Source: an uncultured virus (IMG/VR IMGVR_UViG_3300006923_000016)
Taxonomy: Duplodnaviria > Heunggongvirae > Uroviricota > Caudoviricetes
DNA: 64,000 nt
Strand: one strand, 5' to 3'
IMG/VR virus record: IMGVR_UViG_3300006923_000016
Coordinates: 1 to 64,000 of that record
Position numbers and translations under genes: made by a program. This document shows, piece after piece, positions 56,782-64,000 of the stretch. Each line of letters begins with the position of its first letter. The first letter of the stretch is position 1. The notes under the pieces were generated by a model. It searched no databases. It had not been told where the DNA came from and saw nothing but the letters and a program-made list of their open reading frames with translations.

Positions 56782-57890
56782 TACTGACTCCTGTACGCTT
56801 CTACGGCTGCAATGACTTCATCAACCTGTTCATTGGTCATTGTTGGGAACACAGGCAGACTAAGGAGACGATCACAAAGATCTCGGGCCACCCTGAATCC
56901 TCCCTTATCCTTTGTAAGATAGGGAGTAGAGTCAGTGATAATCGATGGATAGTGTAAACCACAAGCAACACCAGCCTCACCTAGCCAAGCCATAAGGGCC
57001 TCTCTATCCTCCTTACTATCACACTTATACTCATACAAGTGAAAGACAGGAACAGCTATTGGATCAATGAATGGAGCCCTATTCCCAAAGGCTTTATCAT
57101 AACGCGCAGCAACCTCTCGTCGCCTAGCATTCCATGAATCCAAAGACTTAAGTGCATGTCTGAGCTGAGCAGCATGAATAGAGTCCAAGCGATGGTTATG
57201 TCCAATAATTACATGATCATATTTTGAAGCGCTTCCTTGGTTAATGATTTGTCGAGCAACTTCAGCCAAACCAGGGCTTTTGGTAATAATTGCTCCACCC
57301 TGTCCACAGGTTCCTAAATTCTTAGCCGGGTAAAAGGACGTACAAGCTATATCACTTAACTCACCCACCCCATAGCCCCCAGACCGGGCTCCAATCGCCT
57401 GTGCAGCATCTTCAATAAGAGCGACGCCGTAGTCCTTGGCTAGCTCTGCAAAGAGCTTCATATCAACCATCTGTCCATATAGATGAACGGGCATGATGGC
57501 CTTAATACTCTTCGCATCCTGTTTAGATAGTTCCTTGATACACCCATCAACACTCATTAGGTAGGTAGACGGATCTACATCCACAAACACAGGCGTAGCA
57601 CCTGCTGCGGTAATAGCAAAGGCGCTTGCAATGAAAGTGTTAACGGGAACAAGAACTCTATCCCCAGGCCCAATCTCCAAGGCGCGTAGAGCAACCTCTA
57701 GAGCTGATGTTCCACTACTACAACCAATAGCAAAATCTACACCCATGTATTCGGCAAACTCTTCTTCAAACTTATTCAAAAACGGACCACCAACAACCCA
57801 CCACGATCGAAGCACTTCTAGTACATCGTTTTCGATAGCTTGCTGAATGGGGAGATACTGACCCTTAAGGTCAACGAAGGGAACTGTCAT
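56781..57890 (-). CDS. DegT/DnrJ/EryC1/StrS sugar aminotransferase
   Basis: VPFVDL, SSGTSAL, PVHLYGQ, IEDAAQA-G, SFYPAKNLG--GQGG, LSLP. Confidence 0.95.
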   Translation of the reverse strand: MTVPFVDLKGQYLPIQQAIENDVLEVLRSWWVVGGPFLNKFEEEFAEYMGVDFAIGCSSGTSALEVALRALEIGPGDRVLVPVNTFIASAFAITAAGATPVFVDVDPSTYLMSVDGCIKELSKQDAKSIKAIMPVHLYGQMVDMKLFAELAKDYGVALIEDAAQAIGARSGGYGVGELSDIACTSFYPAKNLGTCGQGGAIITKSPGLAEVARQIINQGSASKYDHVIIGHNHRLDSIHAAQLRHALKSLDSWNARRREVAARYDKAFGNRAPFIDPIAVPVFHLYEYKCDSKEDREALMAWLGEAGVACGLHYPSIITDSTPYLTKDKGGFRVARDLCDRLLSLPVFPTMTNEQVDEVIAAVEAYRSQ

Positions 57891-58077
57891 TATAATAATT
57901 CCTTAATATGATACGAACCTTCTCGATAAGCTCTAAGTTAGCCCAAAGCTTACCTTTGGTTGCATCAATTGCTAATTGATTAAAAGGTCCTCTCAAGGGC
58001 AAGTTATGTCTTAGATACTTGCAAGCCATATCGGCAAACTCAACCAGCAGAGCAATTTCTTCAGGAGTGAGTTCCAA
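57871..58077 (-). CDS. Hypothetical protein
   Basis: 68 aa filling an operon gap. Confidence 0.55.
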   Translation of the reverse strand: MELTPEEIALLVEFADMACKYLRHNLPLRGPFNQLAIDATKGKLWANLELIEKVRIILRNYYNDSSLR

Positions 58078-58085
58078 AACTAATA

Positions 58086-58832
58086 CTACTTCTTATAGTC
58101 CCCAGTTCTTCCGGGGAGATTTCCGTAAAGGCCGAACTCATATCTAAAGTCCTCCGGCCAATACTCTCGATCAAGCATCCATGTTTGTGCATCGGTTGAA
58201 TGTTTAAAGTTTCGAGGGATAGGTGCTAATTCCATACCAGGACCTGGTCTACATTTCTTGGGACCAAAGCCATGATGGTAATGAACTAAATAATCATCAA
58301 CAACATGGGCAGGAATGGTTTCCCCATCTCCCATATCTGATGTTGGTAGGCAATGCCTATTAATTCCATCTGGAAATCTTACACCATTGTAGGCAGTCCT
58401 ATCAAATAATCTAAGCTGTGAATCTGGAAACCAAGTAGGAGCATAAGCCTTTCTTGAAAACAATGAATATCTAGGAAAACGATAAGCTGAAGATAACCCA
58501 CTTAGGGCTAGGGTGGAAAGGTTTGCGCTATCACTAAGGCATTCGTCAGCACCTAGGAGAAAAACCCAATCAGTGGAAGACATATCTATAAGAAGATTTA
58601 ATCGACCTGACTGATCCCAACTGTCATCATACATCCGGCGTACCTTTTGCGGCTTACTTATGTAGGTTACCCGAGAATCTTTCTCTGCAACTTCAGCTAG
58701 ATATTTTTCTGTTCCATCTGTACTACCGCCATCCAAAACTATTACATGGTGACAATGCCTTGTAGCATTATGTAATGATGCCCTAATATAAAACATCTCA
58801 TTCAACGTCAAAACTAGACCTGTAATTTTCAT
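58086..58832 (-). CDS. Glycosyltransferase family 2
   Basis: LTLNE, VLDGGSTDGT, DWVFLLGADE, PD-QLRLF. Confidence 0.85.
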   Translation of the reverse strand: MKITGLVLTLNEMFYIRASLHNATRHCHHVIVLDGGSTDGTEKYLAEVAEKDSRVTYISKPQKVRRMYDDSWDQSGRLNLLIDMSSTDWVFLLGADECLSDSANLSTLALSGLSSAYRFPRYSLFSRKAYAPTWFPDSQLRLFDRTAYNGVRFPDGINRHCLPTSDMGDGETIPAHVVDDYLVHYHHGFGPKKCRPGPGMELAPIPRNFKHSTDAQTWMLDREYWPEDFRYEFGLYGNLPGRTGDYKK

Positions 58833-59668
58833 ACTTGAGCCTCTAATATAGCCCACTCTTTGGGATGAGGGTTAATAGGAAACCACAAATCTTGAAAATG
58901 ATTAGGGTGTCGTCCGTTGTATCTTTTAAGATTAGGTAAGCTTTTCTTCATCTCGTAGTCGAACTCATTAAACTTTTCAGGAAGCTCTACTTCAAATTCT
59001 TTATCGTTCGTATACCAAGCCTTTCCTAGGATGCGTCTCATTCCCATAGCGCGAGCTGACCGTACCCATCCATAGTGCCAAAGTGGAATAGATAGGCTAA
59101 GCATTTCTTTACCCCCATAGTTATGAAGAGTAATCTCTTTTCCGTTAACCCTTCCAACTACATCACAAACAGGTCTACGGTTATCGTCTGTGCGGAAGTT
59201 CTTAACAGCAAAACCACTAGAACGATGACCTATTCGACAGTGACGCTTATAGAATGCAGGCCCCTGTGCAATATAGCGAGGCGTCCCATAAAAATGAGTA
59301 ACCGGAAGGGAGGCAAATTGTGTTCCCCCTTTTCCCAACTGGTCTTTAAGGGTAGCCATGTGGTCTTCATGAATACCCTCGTCAGCATCCACAGCAAAAA
59401 CCCAATCACAGGAACTCATCTGGAAGGCTACATCCCAGGCCTTCTCTTGCCAGTGACGATTAAATTCAAATCCATATACCTTATAGCGAATGCGTCCTCG
59501 ATACTTTGCTGCCAAATCTTCAACAATACCAACAGTATTATCTTGTGATAGGCCGACACTAATAGAAACCTCATCACAACCAACCAAGGCTTGCTCAATA
59601 GCAGCCTCCAGCCCGTAGTCCATAATTTCTACGTTCCGGGCTTTCATAATAGCTGTGATAGAAGTCAT
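58829..59668 (-). CDS. Glycosyltransferase family 2
   Basis: RN----DY, S-DNT, DWVFAVDADE, HFYG, HYGWVR. Confidence 0.85.
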   Translation of the reverse strand: MTSITAIMKARNVEIMDYGLEAAIEQALVGCDEVSISVGLSQDNTVGIVEDLAAKYRGRIRYKVYGFEFNRHWQEKAWDVAFQMSSCDWVFAVDADEGIHEDHMATLKDQLGKGGTQFASLPVTHFYGTPRYIAQGPAFYKRHCRIGHRSSGFAVKNFRTDDNRRPVCDVVGRVNGKEITLHNYGGKEMLSLSIPLWHYGWVRSARAMGMRRILGKAWYTNDKEFEVELPEKFNEFDYEMKKSLPNLKRYNGRHPNHFQDLWFPINPHPKEWAILEAQV

Positions 59669-59670
59669 AA

Positions 59671-60594
59671 TTAGATAGCACTCACTACAGCATATCCATG
59701 CTCAAAACTAATTCGGTTTACTTCCTCAGGATTAATCCCTGCAACTAGACTTAACCAAAAATCTAATTCGGCCCTGAGTGGCTCGGAGTGATCTTTTACT
59801 TCAAGAACCTTAAGAATACCAGGCTTATTTTCACCAATAATTCGTTGATCCCAGAAGGCTAACTCCTTAGGCTTAGACATGTCATACTCTATGATACCAT
59901 CAGTTCCTAGAATACTTATTTTTCTTACCTTTTCAGTATGAGCCCAACTGTAGTTAACAAGGGCATCAACCCCTGACGCCAGCCTATACAGAGAAGAGCC
60001 GGCCACCGAGATAGACTCATTGTCTAGCGATGTTCTTGACAAAAGAACAGGGTTATCTCCTGTAAGGTACTGGATAATACTAAGGTCATGAGGCAAGAGG
60101 TCTAGCTCTACACCACACTCTTGAAACTTACCCCAGTTAAGACGACTAATATTAATAGCCTTAACCTTTCCTACCTTTCCACTATCTATAAGCCTTTTAA
60201 GCTCAAGGATCTCAGGACTGAAAACGAAAATATGACCAACACAACAAGTAAGGTGACTAAAGGTTCGACTTAAAGAAAGCAACTGACTAGCATCACTATC
60301 AGACGCAGCAAGAGGCTTCTCTACAAAAATATGTTTACCCGCCATTAAGCAAAGCCTAGCGATAGCTAGGTGTGTGGACGGAGGGGTAACAATAGCTACA
60401 GCATTAACCGTATTGTCACTAAGGATTGTTTCAATAGAAGCAACCTCCACCCCTGGATATTTGTCAGCCTGAGCTTGGGCTAGATCTGGGTCCAGATCGC
60501 ATACATACTTAAGGTCAGATATAGTGTTAAGGTTTCGAGTAATGTTGGGGCCCCAATAGCCACAACCAATAACAGCAGTCCCTAGGTTTTTCAT
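59671..60594 (-). CDS. Gfo/Idh/MocA oxidoreductase
   Basis: VIGCGYWG-N--RN, TP--TH, GKHIFVEKP, VGH-F, DL-PHD. Confidence 0.92.
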   Translation of the reverse strand: MKNLGTAVIGCGYWGPNITRNLNTISDLKYVCDLDPDLAQAQADKYPGVEVASIETILSDNTVNAVAIVTPPSTHLAIARLCLMAGKHIFVEKPLAASDSDASQLLSLSRTFSHLTCCVGHIFVFSPEILELKRLIDSGKVGKVKAINISRLNWGKFQECGVELDLLPHDLSIIQYLTGDNPVLLSRTSLDNESISVAGSSLYRLASGVDALVNYSWAHTEKVRKISILGTDGIIEYDMSKPKELAFWDQRIIGENKPGILKVLEVKDHSEPLRAELDFWLSLVAGINPEEVNRISFEHGYAVVSAI

Positions 60595-61559
60595 AGACTG
60601 GTAGCTCCTTTAATTCTGTATTTACGCAAAAAGATCTTCATCATAGCTGAGATGACATGAGGCTTTACGTGACGATTATCATCTGTAAAGGGATCTTTGA
60701 TTGCTTGGGTAATAATGTCATACGATTCAAAATATGTTGTGTTGTTATAGCTTTGACAAAAATATTCAGCAGCGGTGCGTAACGTACACTTACTGAGCCC
60801 ATTAGCCACCCAGGTATTAACGTTACGGCGGAAAGTTGCATGTAGAGGAACAGGACTTACACTCAAAATAATCTGAGCTGAAGGGTTGTGCTCTTTAAGG
60901 AGCTCACGACACCGATTGAGATCACCCAAAACTTCATCAACCGTTTGAATATGGAACTCATGTATTTTTGGATCATAAAGCCCTATGCTAACTGGAGGCA
61001 TAAGACTAAAAGTAGAGTGATCTCTCGAATCCCTCCAAGTTTCCGTTAGTCCTAGGGTAAGAATAACTACCTTAGCTGTTGTAAGGGCCTTTCTAGAGGC
61101 ACTAACATGTTTTTGGAAGTCAATCTCTTTAGACTCCCAGTCATAGTATGAGTACTCTCTAAAAGGATCAATAGCCCTTTTATCAGGATGTCTCCACCAA
61201 CGCTGAACTGGATTAAAATTACCCAAAGAGTACTCAAAGATTTGTCTCATTGAAGCACTGTTGTAAACCCTATTCCATCCACAACTAGCATGGAGACAAT
61301 TGTGAGGTTCAGTTATCAAATAGTTGTATTTGGCTTTGCGCAAGAAGGTTGCAATATTTCTAGCGAAACAAGACCCCATACTTGTAATTGGGGTTCGCTG
61401 ATCAATTAGATGGCATCTTCCATACTTAGCAAACTGATGAATATCTATTTTCCCTGGATTAATAAGATCAGTCAACTGAAAACGACCACCAGAAAAAGGG
61501 ACAAGCCTATTACTCAGCTCTGTCGTCAACCCACTCTCCTCGCTTAATTGTAGTTTCAT
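60591..61559 (-). CDS. GSCFA-domain protein
   Basis: MGSCFA, LTLGLTE-W, LSVSPVPL-ATF, SK--LR, YF-SY, DNRHV. Confidence 0.9.
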   Translation of the reverse strand: MKLQLSEESGLTTELSNRLVPFSGGRFQLTDLINPGKIDIHQFAKYGRCHLIDQRTPITSMGSCFARNIATFLRKAKYNYLITEPHNCLHASCGWNRVYNSASMRQIFEYSLGNFNPVQRWWRHPDKRAIDPFREYSYYDWESKEIDFQKHVSASRKALTTAKVVILTLGLTETWRDSRDHSTFSLMPPVSIGLYDPKIHEFHIQTVDEVLGDLNRCRELLKEHNPSAQIILSVSPVPLHATFRRNVNTWVANGLSKCTLRTAAEYFCQSYNNTTYFESYDIITQAIKDPFTDDNRHVKPHVISAMMKIFLRKYRIKGATSL

Positions 61560-62262
61560 TTGATTGTCGAATTAGCTCAGTTAGCATTGTTGCTGTTAGC
61601 TGGTCTAGCAGTGGAAGGTTCTGCATAATGCAGTGTCCGCCAATAACACCAGGGAACTTATTCTGAATATCATAATCGCTAGCTTGAAGCTTCCAAATCT
61701 GACTAACAAAGTCATAGTCCGCCTGTGCCGTGTCGCATAGTTGTTGAGCCATTTGAGTCCAGGCAATGAGGTACCCAACCAAAGTTGTTTGGAGGATCTT
61801 AGCTAGCTCTGCGTTCTCTGGTTTGTTACCCATCCATCGTGGCTTAAACCCAGCAGCACTTAGCTTAGCCATAAGGTCAGGCTTAAAGTGGGTTCCACTA
61901 ATGAACTTAGGATACTTGAGCATGTCCGAAGTCATCTGATCATTAGCATGCTTTCCTAGTACTGGGGAATGGTATACGAAAGACTGGGTCTGTTCCTGAA
62001 TACGACGCGTAGTTCCAACGGGAACAGTAGCGTGAATAACTGTATAGAGGGGGGTATAGGTTCGAATATATTCTGAAACAATATTCTCAAATCCCTTTAA
62101 CTCTCCAGGGATACAGATATGCATGCAAAACACATTCTCATCCCTTTTGGGCGGATGAAAGCCCTGAGCTGGGTCGATAGCTTTTACGTCATCACAAGCA
62201 GCAGCTAGCAAATGATAAATAGGATTACCAATCTCGCCTAAACCAATAACAAGATGTTTCAT
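61510..62262 (-). CDS. UDP-glucose/GDP-mannose dehydrogenase-family protein (short form)
   Basis: VIGLGEIG, ATVPVGTT, AELAK, PGVIGGHC; lacks the C-terminal domain. Confidence 0.78.
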   Translation of the reverse strand: MKHLVIGLGEIGNPIYHLLAAACDDVKAIDPAQGFHPPKRDENVFCMHICIPGELKGFENIVSEYIRTYTPLYTVIHATVPVGTTRRIQEQTQSFVYHSPVLGKHANDQMTSDMLKYPKFISGTHFKPDLMAKLSAAGFKPRWMGNKPENAELAKILQTTLVGYLIAWTQMAQQLCDTAQADYDFVSQIWKLQASDYDIQNKFPGVIGGHCIMQNLPLLDQLTATMLTELIRQSNETTIKRGEWVDDRAE

Positions 62263-62897
62263 TAATAGCTCCTTCTATTGGGACGCCGACATTTCTCCCA
62301 CTCTGCTTCTAGTCCAGAAATGAAACTATCATCTCCACTAGGGAGATTCCACTTCTTAAAGCTATAAGTGTTCTGGCCTAGCGGCTTGCCGGGAATATAT
62401 TTAGCAAGGGGTGGAATGTCTTTAACTATTGTAGAGTTCATAGCAGTCATACTATAAGCGCCCACCGTAGTAAACTGATGAGTTATAACCCCAAGCCCAA
62501 CATTGGCTGCTCGCATGATGCGAGTCCAGCCTCCTAAGCATACGTTCGTACTTAAGATAGCGTATGGCTCTAAGTAACAATCGTGACTAATATGGCAACG
62601 AGCCATGACATAGCAATCATCCCCAATAAAGGTAAGGTCTTTCATTGGAGAGTTCACAGTCGTAAACTCCCTAATGACAATACGATCCCCAATAACAATC
62701 TTACCCGGAGATCTGTATACAGGATTAAGCTCATACTTATCACTAGAGTGCTCAGCCCATTGACCTATACTTACGTGTGGACCAATGTGACAATTTTCCC
62801 CAATGAACGTATTGCCTTCAATAACACAATAAGGACCGATATAGGTACTTCTAGGAACACTAATATGAGGAGCAACCAAAGCAGTAGAATGAATCAT
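62262..62897 (-). CDS. Hexapeptide-repeat acyltransferase (LpxA-like)
   Basis: IHSTALV, IGPYCVI, IREFTTV, HISHDC, HQF--VG. Confidence 0.88.
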   Translation of the reverse strand: MIHSTALVAPHISVPRSTYIGPYCVIEGNTFIGENCHIGPHVSIGQWAEHSSDKYELNPVYRSPGKIVIGDRIVIREFTTVNSPMKDLTFIGDDCYVMARCHISHDCYLEPYAILSTNVCLGGWTRIMRAANVGLGVITHQFTTVGAYSMTAMNSTIVKDIPPLAKYIPGKPLGQNTYSFKKWNLPSGDDSFISGLEAEWEKCRRPNRRSY

Positions 62898-62906
62898 AGT
62901 TTACCT

Positions 62907-64000
62907 TTAGGCTGTCAAATCTACTTCTTTTGTATCCCACCAGCGAACCATTTCAGTTACTAGGCCAAGCTGTCCTACAAATGAACCAGTCTTCTTTAAG
63001 TCTACAGTGAGGCGACCCTCTACAACTTCACCAACTTTAAGCTCCTTAGGCAATTCGTATAACCCATAGCTTGGATCAGACGCTTCCTTTCCGTTCTTAC
63101 CAACAGCTCTGCTGAACCGAACATGAAGCTTATTGTCGGAAGCGTAAACTTTTCCACTATCGTTTGTAACTTTGAAATAGATATAGCGCTTAGAGCTTCT
63201 CTTGGTAATCTTAATGATTTCGATTTTCATATAATTCTCTCCTTTAAGGATAGGCTTAGTCTCTTCTAAAATCACCAACCTATCTGGGACAGTGATATTC
63301 AGAAGGCTTTTAGCCGCTTGGTTATAGGTATTATTTTCCCGAATCCATTTCGCAGCAGCAAGCCCTACTTTATGGGCCTTGTCTTGCTCACGGTAAACCT
63401 GACGCATCTTCTGGGCCAGAGCGGGGACATCGATCTCTGCAAATTGTCCGAAAACTTCAGACCCATTATTCTCTGCCTGAAGCCAGCCAGGAATTCTAGC
63501 ATCCTGAAGACCCTTAGGATTAACCCAATAGCTTACACCCCTGATACAAATGTCTTCTAAAGCACTCCACTTACATAAAATAACTGGAAGTCCAGTAGAC
63601 ATTGCTTCACGGGGAGGAAGGCCGAAACCCTCCCCAGAAGAAGCAAAGACCAAACAGTCGACATTCTGCAACAAGCTTAGCATCTTAGGCTGGGATAGCC
63701 TCCCATCTATGATCTTTTCATTAGGCCTTAATCGAGGAACGTTTCCCCCAAAAGAAGTCTTAATGATAAGCTCCACATTTTTGTCTTTAGGAAACGCTGT
63801 CCGAAAAGCTTGAAGGGTAAGATCGGCGTTTTTTCTAGGACAATCCCATCGAGTATTGCTATAGAGTAAAAAGCGAAATGGTCTATCCTTAGTGAGCGAT
63901 CTCTTAAGTAGTGGCCAACGTTCAGGATCAACTCCAAGGGGTGAAACCTTAATAGGTATTCTTACTCCAGAGTCTTCAAAGACAGTCTTATTAAACTCAG
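62907..64000 (-). CDS. Glycosyltransferase family 4 (GT-B), 5'-truncated, with extra C-terminal domain
   Basis: Frame stays open to the window edge (EFNKTVF...PLGVDP...RKN...AF); GEGFGLPPREAM-TGLPVI. Confidence 0.9.
   Translation of the reverse strand, partial: EFNKTVFEDSGVRIPIKVSPLGVDPERWPLLKRSLTKDRPFRFLLYSNTRWDCPRKNADLTLQAFRTAFPKDKNVELIIKTSFGGNVPRLRPNEKIIDGRLSQPKMLSLLQNVDCLVFASSGEGFGLPPREAMSTGLPVILCKWSALEDICIRGVSYWVNPKGLQDARIPGWLQAENNGSEVFGQFAEIDVPALAQKMRQVYREQDKAHKVGLAAAKWIRENNTYNQAAKSLLNITVPDRLVILEETKPILKGENYMKIEIIKITKRSSKRYIYFKVTNDSGKVYASDNKLHVRFSRAVGKNGKEASDPSYGLYELPKELKVGEVVEGRLTVDLKKTGSFVGQLGLVTEMVRWWDTKEVDLTA

Noticed and set aside
1..64000. Stop-codon reassignment
   Set aside because: Conserved genes are full length in code 11 and end at TAA, TAG or TGA where expected; no suppressor tRNA seen.

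Overview
A 64 kb segment of a large (probably jumbo or 'huge') dsDNA bacteriophage genome. It is densely coding, uses the standard genetic code and has GGAG-type ribosome-binding sites. About 1-53.3 kb is almost all + strand. It carries four tRNA or tRNA-like genes, GroES, an NAD salvage module (NadM-Nudix, Nampt, CinA/PncC-like), thyA, folA, class II RNR, IMPDH/GMPR, peptide deformylase, a CCA-adding enzyme, a MoxR AAA + DUF2201 pair, PhoH, HNH, Whirly-like and SpoVG-like proteins, RecA, DnaE, a primase-helicase fusion, ClpP, RusA and heptose/mannose enzymes. From about 53.3 kb the - strand carries membrane proteins, IscA, a tubulin/FtsZ homologue and a nucleotide-sugar/glycosyltransferase operon that runs off the window. 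No structural (capsid/tail) genes, CRISPR array, integrase or IS were recognised. The most notable unexplained signal is a dispersed plus tandem family of small, divergent ORFs that share an N-terminal M-hydrophobic x3-S/T pentapeptide. Others are a highly structured ~170 nt intergenic RNA candidate before phoH, a Whirly homologue, a duplicated Gmd N-terminus flanking a Zn-finger-like insert, and a GC-rich insert with an HD-domain pseudogene. All product calls come from motif recognition by eye; no database searches were run.
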